The notes below the pieces were generated by a model. The model saw nothing but the letters and a program-made list of their open reading frames with translations. It was not told the origin of the DNA and did no database searches. A stretch of 59,346 nucleotides of DNA, filler included, from Sphacelaria rigidula (taxonomy: Eukaryota), in the NCBI GenBank assembly GCA_964200075.2. It is 5 parts of 5 records of this genome, joined end to end, with 100 filler letters (N's around TTAATTAATTAA, not from the genome) between each part and the next. Parts side by side here need not be neighbours in the genome. Positions count along the whole stretch, not along the records: positions 23,781 to 35,569 come from CAXNAA020004497.1; positions 35,670 to 47,458 come from CAXNAA020004498.1; 3 more parts are not named here. One strand, written 5' to 3'. The position numbers were made by a program, and so were the translations under genes. Of this stretch, positions 25,038 to 36,893 are shown piece after piece; within the stretch, counting starts at the first letter, position 1; each line of letters starts with the position of its first letter.

Positions 25038-26221
25038 ATGTAAGTGGCTGGCCTCTGCCACATCGCTTCGGTGGGAAAAGGCTTGCACAGAGCCACACTA
25101 TGGCGTAGGATAACACGTCTGTGTTTCAAGATTTTAGTATAGGTCTGGTACAGGAAATAAAACAACAGGACTGATTGCATCACCTGCCCCAAACCATGAA
25201 TTCTCCCACAACTTCCTCTTTTCTAAAGTCAAGTAGATCGAGTGCAAACCGCTACTCACAGAAATTTCTCCAGGTCTTCGGTTTTAGCGAAGGTAGCAAT
25301 TTTATTCCAGGGTTGGGGTTGGGACTAGGAATATTGGCAGACAATTCCACCAAATAAGGTTGTACGCTGACATGACGTTTAAGCTCGAAACGATGCCTTT
25401 CCGCACTTCCAGCGATGGTGCCCGATGACTTCTTTGTTAACCTAATGCCCCTTGCGTGAGTGCTCCTTCAGCGCATTTTACCGACACCGTGAGCTTACAG
25501 CCGTGACCGGAACCGTCGTTTCCTTTGATTTCGGGTGTGGTATCAGGAGAAATGACGGTTTCGGCCAGCGCTGTAAGTTCGGAAGAGTATGTAAAGAGAA
25601 AGTATTCACGCAACGGAAGGGCATTGGGCCGACAAAAAAAGTCATGGTCATGCTAAAGGTGTGGAGAAACACCGTTATGGCCTTGAACCTCAATTCAGCA
25701 TACGAACCTACTTTATAGAATCGTTTGTGTGGTTTTCAAAAAGTATGTGAATCTCTGGGATGGGATGGGATATATGTACTCGATCTGGTATATGGGCTCA
25801 ATAGTTTGTTTTCTTGTTTTTGGACGAGGGGGAAACAAAATAGTGTGAATAGTGTGGTATATGTTGAAAATTTATTATTTGAAGACTGTTAGAAGGATGG
25901 ATGGTTGAAATGTATTTTTTGGACGAGGTGAAGACAAAATGAATCGAAAAATAATTCACTCATGCGATAATTTCCGCAAAATCAGACCAGCGGGCGGGCG
26001 CAAATATTTCGACTAAACAATAATTAACAGACCACCGGTCTTCGGACAAGAGGAGCGTAGATATATTTTGCTGGCGACCCCCGTGAAATCCATCATCGTC
26101 TCTGATCGAGCGCCTTGTATAGTCGATGAGAAGGAGTTTCCCGTCGAGGGAGGCTTCAAGGCACAGGGTTATACAGGTACCTCCCACCGGGGGTCGACGG
26201 GAACGTGCCTCCGTCTTCCTA

Positions 26222-26327
26222 TGTGCTGCCAGCCTGCGATGCTGAGGGCTCAAGCAGTCAGTTCAAGCTGCAAGCTAGATCGTTTGCGACCTCTTTGGTG
26301 TCTTCAGCGTCGCAGGCTGGCAGCACA
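26222..26327. ncRNA. Long hairpin, candidate pre-miRNA
   Basis: TGTGCTGCCAGCCTGCGATGCTGA (26222-26245) pairs with TCAGCGTCGCAGGCTGGCAGCACA (26304-26327) with a single G:U. Pairing continues imperfectly towards the loop. Confidence 0.35.
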
Positions 26328-26659
26328 GCTCGCAGCTCCGGTGGGAAAACCGTTCTCAGCCACTACACCAAACTCGGGACGTTGATGGAAACCAGAGGGG
26401 CGGCCATATAAATGTACAGCACAATTGAGGCTGTGTTGGGGGCGCCAGAAATAGTGATGGGGAACGGGTTGCGTGGTGGCGAGACAGCTCGACATATCGG
26501 TTCCTCCGTTGGAGCGAAAAATTAACAGTTTGCCGACGGGGATGCACGGCGAGCAAAATTTGAAAAAGTGAGCGATGCGCACGAACGTAGGTGGCTGTAC
26601 ACGTCGGCTCTTCCGAGAAATCCAACGTATCGCACCATGCACGACACAATAGCGACGTG

Positions 26660-26669
26660 GTGTGCGTGC

Positions 26670-26742
<73 letters not shown>

Positions 26743-26756
26743 CGTGAGTGTGCGTG
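26660..26756. repeat. (GT)n microsatellite
   Basis: About 60 nt of perfect GT repeat with degenerate edges. Confidence 0.95.
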
Positions 26757-26970
26757 TTGTCGTCCCATCTATTCTGGGCGCCGCTCAACGCCTTTTGGTA
26801 TTTGTGGGCACAGCAGCCGGGGTAATACAGGAGGTAGGTCAACACAGGAGCTTTGATTTTGCTTTGTGTTTATAGTACTACACCTACGTTCAGCGATGCT
26901 TGCCTTTGTTTTTCATCGCGAAAGGGGTTTGGCACTCCCTTTTCCTCGTCGACCGTTGAGTCAAATTTTT
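26660..26970 (-). mobile_element. 5'-truncated copy of the (CA)n-tailed SINE
   Basis: 26757-26965 matches the reverse complement of 43160-43375. The head is missing and the tail has expanded into a microsatellite. Confidence 0.8.
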
Positions 26971-26973
26971 ACT

Positions 26974-27001
26974 TTAGGGTGAGAGCTAGGGTTAGGGTTA
27001 G
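26974..27001. repeat. Short interstitial telomere-like (TTAGGG)n tract
   Basis: TTAGGGTGAGAGCTAGGGTTAGGGTTAG. Confidence 0.6.
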
Positions 27002-27600
27002 TAATTTGAAACATTCGCCCATGAGCACGATTATACAGCGGCTATACACGTCGGCTCAACCGAGAAATGCGACGTATCGGAATCTGCGCGAAAGCGTTGG
27101 AATAATTCACCGATTCGCCGACGATCACGAGCGGGGAGTGAAATTTGACCATTTGATCGATGAGCGATTGTAGAGAGGCTGTAGACGTTGGGTCGTCCGC
27201 GAAATTCAACGTACTAAATTTTGCCCCATATAAGAGGTAGAACTTATCAAACCATCTTTGAGCGCAAGAACCAAACCAACGGCGCGAGGAAAACATTGAA
27301 ATTTTCCTATCACCACGAACGACTGTGTATGTCGCGTCGTAACGTATCAATTTACTACATTTACAAATTCGCTCATCATAGCGAACGTACAGCGGTAGCG
27401 CTGGTCGGATCGAAACATGACAGTTCCGCCGATGAGCACGAACGTGAAGTTAATATTTTCTCGCAGTGCCATTTTAGATTGTATGGCAGTTCGCCGTGTA
27501 TCGTGGACCTACAGCGGCAGTGCACGTCGGATAAAATCAGTGCTGATTCGCCGATTTTCATCATTTGTCGATCGACATGAGGGTGTAGTGAAATGAAAAA
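27002..27600. repeat. Degenerate internally repetitive element
   Basis: A motif close to GCACGAACGTACAGCGGCWRTACACGTCGG recurs at ~26578, 27025, 27380 and 27505, with shared flanks (CCGAGAAAT..ACGTATCG). Confidence 0.55.
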
Positions 27601-28444
27601 CACGATCGTGTCGGGTCAAGAACTCACCGCTTCGCACGCTATGAGTATGTACAGATGACGAGATGAACACCCACCCTTGGAATGGTGGTAGAAGGGGAAA
27701 GCGATGACGTGTAGTGGATTAGCGTTGACGGCGAGGAATTGCCGTCGGGAAACAAATGGCCCAAGACGATAGACAGCGCGATACGATATGACATCTTGAT
27801 CCTCACCTTGGCACTCATTCTAACCTGACATCGATTAAATGTTCTTGGCAGTCGTATACAACGGTACTGTCGTAAAATGTTTGCCGTATTCTTGTATATT
27901 TTCACAACTGTAGCGTTGTAGTATGTATGTAGCTTAAATCCGTCAGAGTGGACGCAATACTGCTCACTCACGTACGTACGAATCAGTAACGCCGTTAGGA
28001 ATTCCAAGGTTATTTTCGAGACGATGGGACGCTAGTAAATACAAACAAACGGAGATGAAAAACGACAAAGTACTCTGAACCATCTGCCCCTGCAGCTTTG
28101 CTGCGGACCGCCAGTCGCCTGCGAAGGCTACAGCGACAGCACCGCACAAGGGGTTAATACCTCGGTTGTTGAAAAATAACACTCCCATAATCAAAGCGGC
28201 TTACATTCAAGAAGAAAGAATGACGATAAGTGAGACGTCGAAACTAGGGGCCTGAAATTCGTCAACAACATACGGCCAACTTTTGTCGAAGTGGCCGTGG
28301 ATCACGACGATGCCCCTCCTTGGCACCAACTCGTTTGTGCACTTGCATGCTCTTCACATGCTCGCATGCTACATCGAAAGGCACGACCTCAAACAAAACT
28401 CACAACACACAAGGCAAGTAAACATACTGCGAGGGCTGCGGTAC

Positions 28445-28808
28445 AGTGTGCGTTGTGTGTATGGTCGTTGAATCTATTTTGGACGCCGGTCCACACCTCT
28501 TGGTATGTGGGAGCGCACCAGCCGGGGTCACACAGGAGGAAGGTCAACACAGCAATTTGTTGTTTTCCGTCTGTTTCAGCGCTGCACCTTTCTCATGCGG
28601 CGCTTGCTTTTGATTTGCATCGCGAGAGGGGTGCAGCAGTCCCTTTTCCTCGTCGACCGTGGAGTCGAATTTTGTGTCCCCACGACATAATCGCTCTCTA
28701 CTGCTGGATCCTGTGTGAGAAACGACTCCCCCATCGCTCCGAGATTCGAACCCATGGCCACGCGTCAGACGATTTCGAAGTTATTAACTGAGCCCCCGGA
28801 AAACCGCC
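28445..28808 (-). mobile_element. tRNA-derived SINE with (CA)n tail, full length
   Basis: Minus strand reads CCGGGGGCTCAGTTAATAAC (A box) ... GGTTCGAATCTCGG (B box), then the same body as 43025-43392 and a CA-rich tail. Confidence 0.8.
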
Positions 28809-31800
28809 TCGCACAGGACAACACAAATTGTACAGTAGTATAGGATAATGACTTTTCTTTGTGTAAGTCTCGGTCTACCATGTCGTTCCGTTCGACTTTT
28901 CATGATCCGTTCCTCCTTTTTTTCAGTGGGTATTTGAGTTCTGAATTTTCATACATTCATCATGAGACCACGGCTGCATCCCGGGGGGGGGGGGGGGGGG
29001 GGGGGACCAAACTGTAAACACTGAAAAAGACTAAAACAAAATGTCGCAAAATAATAANNNNNNNNNNTGTGTTCGTGGTTGATGGTGCGGCGCCGTCCGC
29101 GGTGTGTGCGGCGGGGTGGGGGGGGGGGGGGGGGGGGGTGGGGGGGGGTCAGTCAAACTGCTACAATCGATCAATGCATACATCAATCATCGGTCAATGA
29201 TAGCACCATCTCACGGAACGTAGTGCAGGAAGGCTTGAATGACACCATCACATCCTCATATTTCCGCCAGGTACAGTGAGATCCGTCAACCAGCATGGGA
29301 AGATGTCCCAAGTTTCTTCCGTTGAGTCATGAGTACTGTGTGAAGACTAACAGAGCATCTTGGTAAACTACGTTTGCAACATGGGCCACGAACGTGACGA
29401 ATGTGGAAAAGAGGGACGGTGATCTTCGCCCCTGTCGCCCGTGTGATGCAACACACAGACCAACTACAACGATGACAAACCTGCAAAGCAACACGGCTTT
29501 CGTCGCGGCACTTAGTCGACTTTTGACTCACCAGTTAATTTGTTTCTCTGCAAGTGCAGCTTCCGAAGACGACCGAGGCGAGCCAACTCCCGCGGGATTT
29601 TGCCTGACCAGGAGAGGGGATCGTACCGAGGACAGAACACGACCATATTACGTACGGTCACCAACTAGCAGGGCCATGGCCACTTCAGTACAACTGTGGA
29701 ACAGAGCACGTGTCGATTAAGTGCCGGACACGACATCCGCAAAAAACGGGGAGGAGCGGATCTCGGTATAGCCACACCTACGAGCGACAAGCGTGGCTAC
29801 CAACCTTGGATACAAATGCTCTGGTGCTCACGAAAAAATGTTACTACGATCAGCTGCAATATCGCTACAGACACAGACCACTTACAGAAGGAAGTGTCCC
29901 ACTCGGGAGACACCGGGTCGACATATACAACATGCGAGATGTGTCTGCCCCAATACCAGTAGACGATACACCAGAGGTACAGCAAATGCACAGCAGCATC
30001 GGGGAAGATGTCGTTGACGGAGGGATCGAGCCACGTGAGTGCATATCATGTCGCCTCATTGTGTGGTGTGCCGTTGTGAATGTGCTGTGCTTCGTAGTAG
30101 AGACAGGCTATCTATCTCGTCCACGTCGACATGGTGCCACGCGCTGGACTCATCAATGCGTGGCTGCACACGTCCTCGATGAATTTTGTGAACATCTCGC
30201 AGAAGGACAATGCCTCTAGATAGATACATGACGAAAGACAGCCAACTAAGTTCTGTTCCTCTCTTTATACTCAGAAGCATTCCCCCTTCTCCAGACCAGT
30301 CCGTACTATACCCAACCCATCTCCCCTAACGTGGCCGATACATTCGTATCGCGGGTTGGATGAACAGTGCCGCACCGCGTCACCTTTTGTCAGCAAGTTT
30401 CCGCCGCTCACAAGCGCACGCTTTCAACGATAGGTGTCACATCTACTCCTCCGAAGGTAAGAGCATTGATTAGATTACAAGCTGGATATCAACTCTTGCC
30501 CTTCCGCCTTGATCTTCACCATCTACGTGTACTACTTGACCTACCAGGGCGCCGTAGCAACATGACGTCTGGGATCGAACATAGAGTACATCGACCGTAG
30601 AACTGACCCTCTTCTTACATATCGCTTCCGAGCTTGCACAAACACACGCGTTGAATACAAGAAACACAGGCCAAATGCTAAAATCCGTCACCACCACACC
30701 AATTTCTTCGTGCCAAATATCTGAAAAAACAAAATCATGACATACCAAATGACCGAACATAAGGTGCGCCAGTCTCGTTATGAAACACGATTATGTATAT
30801 ATAGGGAAACCGCCGCCCGAGACGTCAACGCCGACCCACCGCGTCTTCTTTTGTGTCTTGCCTGTACTTCATTTCACATTTTGCTGGTTTAGTCATGACT
30901 TGTTCGTGGCATGTATCATGGATTTTCCCGAACTTTGGGCTTAAGTACACGATATACTCAGCAACCGAAACGATGCATTCATCCATCCAAACGATTGTAC
31001 GTGACAAAAGCAAACGATCGGAAATGTTTTGGTATACCGTCGACCCAGGGCCCTCTCTCCCCTTTTCATCGGAAGGAGTCCCATGTCTCCGGGGACACAT
31101 CTCACTCTTGCCCCCAGTACAGTAGGCATCCTACACATGCTGTCGAGACGTCGATCAGCACTCTCAAAGCTCGCGCCTCGCTCGTTTTTACATCATTCAC
31201 GTTCTCAACGTTTTCAAGATACGAACGTGACAAATCAGTCATCCATTACTGTCAGGATTCGGACTTAGTGCCTACTCTTCTACGCCTCGACCGGAGCACG
31301 AACTGATCCACTTTCCCCGCACTATTTGTTCCGAAAGTTATATCCTGGAGTCAGGCTCTTGTACCTCGGCTGAGGATTGGATGTAGACGGCCGAACGCAG
31401 GTTATGTTCAAGTCAGCAATGATTGGATAAACATGGTGGAATATCAACAACAACGAGGCATGATGTCTCTGTAATGGGCACCATGGCGCGTCAATTTAAA
31501 ACCGAGTGTCATGAAGAAGGCAGCGCGTCACTCGCATGTATTTTTGGGAACGAGGCGTGAGTGGAATGTTCTTGTGTCTTTTTTTTGTTTGCAACGGGGT
31601 ATCATCTCTCCTGTTTCGCCGTGGTGTTTGACTTTCGTTTTCCGGGTTGTCAGTTTCAGAATAGCGTCACCTAGTGTGCGGTGTGCGGTTTTCAACACGT
31701 TCTTTTGTCCACCTGCTCTCGGCGCGTGACCAGCCCGAGTAAATTCGATAAACAAGGCACACCGCCAGGAGGCATCCCTGTGCCTCTTCTGCTATCACGA

Positions 31801-31929
31801 GCTACAACTTATGACCACCGGGACGGGGCACCAAAACAAGTATATCTACTCCGACACGTTTTGATTCATAGCCGAGGACAAATGCATCAGCAGCGGATAA
31901 CCCAATAACTTATTACTCGTGAAGAGTAT

Positions 31930-32320
31930 AGGGGGGGAGAAAGGGGGGGTACGCGTGATTATGCGTGTCATAATCATACGACCATTGACCTCGCATCCCT
32001 ACTAAGCCGGGACGGAGCACGCCTGGTTTTCGCCGGACCAGGATCGCAATCGATCACCAAGAACGAAGCTCCGTGGTGCGCTCGGCGGGTCGCGTGAAGA
32101 GTGACCTGCATCCTGCCAAGATTGTTTGGCCCGAAGCGTACTGATTATCTTGCATACGGGTGACAGCCCTCAACGAATTGCTTCATTACCTGGTGTGGCT
32201 ATTACGAGAGACAGCCACGTCATCTACACTGCCCCATGCGTGTCTCACCATTTGAACACGTCGTAGCATGATCATCCCCTTTGCGCGGAGTTAGGGTTTC
32301 TTCCACCTCGCACAATACTA
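31930..32320 (-). repeat. Family A copy
   Basis: Reverse complement of 3230-3590 over ~350 nt. Confidence 0.8.
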
Positions 32321-32487
32321 CAATCAGGTAGCATGTAGGGCATGACACTAATAACGGATTGATGTTATTGAAGTGAACAGTATGTATTCATCAATTTCTT
32401 GCAACAGTATGTTTGTTGCGAGTGGTTGGTGTTGGGGTTGGAATATCAATTTTTGAAGAAACGGATTTCAATATGATCTGGCTCGGC

Positions 32488-32665
32488 CATCATCGCGGTT
32501 ACCGCCGAGAAAAAGCGAGTGCGCGAAAAAATGGTAACCCGGTTGCCCAGCTTAGGCAGTGAGGGGCATGTTGTACGGCGTCATCGCCAACAGACGCCAA
32601 CGCCATGGGGAGTCCGCCCCTGGAAAGCCGGGACGGAGCACGCCAGGTTTTCGTCGGAACAGGCA
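32488..32665 (-). repeat. Family A variant with an alternative arm
   Basis: GGTAACCCGGTTGCCCAGCTTA...CGTCATCGCCAACAGACGCC...GTCCGCCCCTGGAAAGCCGGGACGGAGCACGCC matches 45290-45480 and the reverse complement of 47365-47458. Confidence 0.75.
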
Positions 32666-34562
32666 GAGAGGATAGATGCGGTTATGTACTCAGTAACCAA
32701 CAACCAATAGTTGCTAGTAACAAAACTTCCTGCCCGAGACGAACCGATCGTTTTGGTTGATTGTTGGACATCGGAAAGCCACAAACACAGTCGGGGCAAC
32801 AGAAGGACAATCAAGCACTGAATCCACGTATCAACGGGTACCGGGGCAGACATGGGTTGGTCCCTTGAGACCACGGGCTTGTCTGGAAAAAGGGGAGATG
32901 TTCAAAGTGCGACACGTGAATAGATGAATGAATGGAGTGACGTTCGCTGATATTGCGTCTCGACCCTCTGGCTGCCGGGGCGGGACACCGAATCGGTATC
33001 ATTTCCCACCAAAAATATGTGTCACCGAATGGTCAACACGTGCCAGCAAGTGTGGGTCGCGTGGGTCTCTAATTCTGGTATCAAGTCAACACGATGCCGA
33101 CTCAACACATGCCCTTACCTCGACGTGGCTTATCCACTCGTCCACGGTGATCGAAAACGCCCGTCCCTTGCAGACAACTACAAGTATATTGATGACATGT
33201 AACATGTATGCTATGTGCCACAACTCATGTTCATCACAATGCACCACAGTTGTGCCGCACGAACTAGGGTGAAAATAAACCGAAAAGTCGTGTCTGACAA
33301 ACCGCAGTTGCGGAATGTGCACCGAAATGGAGGGGTCTGTAAAAAAAAATGGCCGGGGAACCGTGCATTTGATTCATGCCGCACAAATTCCAGGGAAAAA
33401 AAAAACTGTCTGGTCAGTGGTTGTGGGCAGAAGGTAGGATGCATATGTTTGACGAAAGACGGGCAGTTTGTCATCATGTTTTCAACACAGTGTGTCGCTC
33501 GAATCACGAACATGTCAATGTAAAAAACAAACTCGTATACGAATCAACAGTTGAAATGAAGAAGGGAATCATGACCTTCTTCGTCTCACCATTGAACAGG
33601 TATCAGAAGCTCCTTCGGGAATTACCGCATCGACAGTTATTGGCGCGCCGGACCCCCCGAAATAAGCCCAAAGAGTGCCACCGACCAAAAGCACGCAACA
33701 AACCGCATTCCAATCCTCCGCTCCATTGCCGACATGACCGCATTGGAATATTGGCACAACATAAAGCAACAAGAGTACCCAAAACCGGCCTCCATTCGTA
33801 CACATGACGGGATATTTTGGGACACCACTTTCCCCCCTATATCAGCACCATCAAGTATACTAAGCGCTGTCGAACCACACGCGTGGCCATCCACCGATCA
33901 AAGGGATACGTCCTCGAGATATGTTTTGTGAAACGAATTCCAGTTTTGAGGCCAGCCTAGCTCGTATCTAAATTGTTCGACAAAACGTAGCCACGTGCGA
34001 TCGTAAAAACTATCAACACAACAAAGTATTGGGTGGCAATCGCAGATGAAGACGACGCGGCCTGTACTTCCTTTTGAACCGTCCAACGCCAATACCCGAG
34101 TCTGCTCATTTTCGGAACCGCACAACTCCAACGTCTCGTAGCCGGAAATATGTATATATAATCGGTGGACACCAGGTGAACCACGAAACCAATGTCGAAC
34201 GCGTGAAGGTATGGTGTGCCACTGTAGGACAGGAAGCATGTACGAGACGAACATACCTCTTTATTCCTTGTGCATAGGACTCTTCTTCGTGATCGGCACG
34301 CTTCCCTACATGACGGGATCGTTACACACTTTGAAGGCGATTGTAGTATATATGCTGTTGCCACGCACATGGGAAAAAAAAACACCCAACCCTCGGGTGA
34401 AGCGCTGCATTTTCATTTTGTCCTCCCGGGACTGACCGTTAGGAAGACGGCCATGTGAGGGTGTGCTCTGCGAGTATGATTGTTGTCGAGCAGCGAAAAC
34501 GGGTGAACAAGCCTGTTCACAGCTTTCAGCATCGCTATTTATATTGGGAATTGACGGCGCAC

Positions 34563-34773
34563 CTTGCTCAGGCGGTGCGCTGTTCCTTCAAGTGGACGAA
34601 CTTGTTGTCTTTGCCAGCGTGGGGGACTGGCGGGATGAGGGAAGTGTTCTTTCCCCTTGTGAGAGATGAACACAGATAGATACATTGGATTTTCATGAAG
34701 GCTTGCCTTCCTTGCGATATCACAATTGACGGCGCACCTTGCTCAAGCGAGAAGGTGTGGAAGGAGGAAGGAC
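34563..34773 (-). CDS. Two putative small exons of an unidentified gene
   Basis: 34773-34738 (VLPPSTPSRLSK) and 34655-34563 (GKEHFPHPASPPRWQRQQVRPLEGTAHRLSK). Both are AG...GT bounded, phase 0 and stop-free. Confidence 0.3.
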
Positions 34774-35569
34774 CTGTGATCACAGCGGGCTCGTCGCTCA
34801 TGGTGAGACACCCTACAGCTTACAGACTTCCTAGCCCGTGTCCGTGTGGGAGTGGTCAACCATGAGTCATGGGTATGTTGGTGTCGTGAGTGGATGATGA
34901 TGTGCACGGATGAAACAAACAGCAGTGTGCAACGCGTTCTTTCTGGAAAGATGAAGAAGAGGGTGTGGCTTGCCACGCACCTGTACCACCGAGCGCGACA
35001 AGATCCGCCTCACTAGTCAGGTTGGTTTCAGATGAAACCGATGGTGTGGGTGCGAAGAAAGCACGTCTTCTCTCACCACGACCTCTATCGACATGTCTCC
35101 CTCCACCGCCAAGTCTTCCTCCAACGCCGCGCGCGTGATGGTGATTTGTAAACGCCATGAGTGGAATGGCCAACGCGGTTGTACGGAGTGCGATCACTGC
35201 AGCTGTGGAGATTGTGAGATACTGTATTTTTCTCGCCGCGGTGTAACTTCAAGTTCTAGGAAATTAACGCAGAACATTCCTAAGAAGCTAGCACAAGCCA
35301 CACACCGCTGTAAGCGGCTGGCTCTTTCTGAGACGATTGCTGTGTTGGTTGTTGAATCTCGCCGCATCCAAGGAGGCAGGCAAACCATATGTCGTGGTCT
35401 TCCGCACCTCAGGGCCTTGATCCACTCTAAACTCAAAGCGCGGGCACTCTCCCACATGTACCTGAAGGCCTGTGCTGACCGGCAGTGCTGTTGGTCATAC
35501 TGACAAAAAAATGCATCAGATCATTATTACCGAATGTTACGAGGACAACTACATACAGTAGGCAGAAAA

Positions 35570-35669
35570 NNNNNNNNNNNNNNNNNNNNNNNNNNNNNNN
35601 NNNNNNNNNNNNNTTAATTAATTAANNNNNNNNNNNNNNNNNNNNNNNNNNNNNNNNNNNNNNNNNNNN
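35570..35669. other. Artificial scaffold linker 3
   Basis: 44 N + TTAATTAATTAA + 44 N. Confidence 0.98.
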
Positions 35670-35749
35670 TTGCTGCTTTCTATGACAATTTGAAGTGGAA
35701 GTCCGTGGAAGGCATGACCCACAATCCCCCCTCCCCCCCTCCCATAATC

Positions 35750-36010
35750 AACTCATTGGCGGCAGTCTCAAATGGATGATAATCAGTGCGCCTCGGGCCG
35801 AACAATCTTACTGTAGTAGCAGGATGCAGCTAACCATTCATGCGACTCGCCGAACATATCACTGCGCTTCGCGCTTGGTGATTGATTCCGAGCCTGGTAC
35901 GGCGAAAATTCGGCGTGCTCCGTCCGGATTTTGTAGGGATGCGAGGTCAACGGTATTATAATATGACTACAGCCAAGCTACAGCATGAAGTATCATGAGT
36001 AAATCCCCCT
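35750..36010 (+). repeat. Family A copy
   Basis: GAGCCTGGTACGGCGAAAATTCGGCGTGCTCCGTCC...GTAGGGATGCGAGGTCAACGGT and the upstream sequence match 3370-3575. Confidence 0.75.
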
Positions 36011-36260
36011 AACGTAGTATGACTCACCATTCCCGTCGCGAGTGTTTCATTTTTTTGCCGTGATTTGTATATCTTATGACCACGGCTGTATGGGTAGCGG
36101 GCCATAAACTGCAATAATACTGTGCTGTTGAGGGACAACTGATGGAACAATCAACCACCTCACAGAATGAGTAAACCGCTGTATTACGAGGGGTTGTCGA
36201 CAGTGAACATACGTGCAGCATATCAGGCCTCAAGTCTCAAATGACATCACCGATTCACAC

Positions 36261-36893
36261 CTTTAGGGCGCCGACCAAGGGCTCCACCCCAGCCAGAAAA
36301 TTTAAATCGTTCGTGACCTTGAGAAGATAGTTCTTCCCGTGCCACAAAAATGCCGTGGGCGTATGTTGATGTCGATGACTGCTCGTGGCTGCGATACCTT
36401 CTCTCCAAACTGCTACTGCCTCCACCACCGCCACCGTCGCGTCGCGCATGCTCGACAGCATATTCACAACATCCGCAGTGTTGTCCCCCAAGAGCGCCGT
36501 CGTTGCCGCTAATCCACACATGGCTAGTGGCCGCCGACACTTTTTCCGAAGGTTGGAGCAAGCAGCTTCCAAACGGGAGAGGACGCACTCCCTGTGTAGG
36601 ATGCGCTTGAGCACGAGCAACTCGCTTGCCGGGTCTGCGCCCAGATGGTGCTGAAAATCGAAAGCCGATGCTACAGAGCTAAATGTAGCGGCCGCAGTAT
36701 TGCTCACCGCTTCATGGACTGGGCTAAGGCTGTAGCTCTCACCAACACCATGTCTACGACTTCCCGGAAGGTCGTTGGGAGAGCCTCCGCCAGGCGACGA
36801 CATCGCGGCAATTCTGCTCCTGCCGCAAGCATCTTCAGGAGGGCCCACTTCCCTACCATTCGGCGCTCGCTGACAAGCTTCCACCGCCGCCAT
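36261..36893 (-). CDS. First exon of an uncharacterised protein (gene truncated by the scaffold end)
   Basis: ATG at 36893, 211 open codons to an AAG|gtgtga donor. A disordered N-terminus precedes globular, helical-looking sequence (ELLVLKRILHRECVLSRL, MRDATVAVVEAVAVWRE, AFLWHGKNYLLKVTNDLNFL). Confidence 0.75.

Noticed and set aside
26304..26875. ORFs with HTHTHT and VCVCVC runs, and poly-Gly/Pro ORFs elsewhere
   Set aside because: Translations of (GT)n and poly-G/C tracts. Most short ORFs in the track are chance frames in introns and repeats.
29710..30219. 169-aa plus-strand ORF
   Set aside because: Non-ATG start, no recognisable motif and no phase-consistent partner exons found.
33100..34400. 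Cys-rich fragments suggesting a decayed transposase
   Set aside because: No continuous frame or catalytic motif recognisable by eye; needs TBLASTN against TE protein libraries.
22022..36893. One long minus-strand gene joining 36893-36261, the 34-35 kb exons and 22673-22022
   Set aside because: The segments lie on three different scaffolds separated by artificial linkers.
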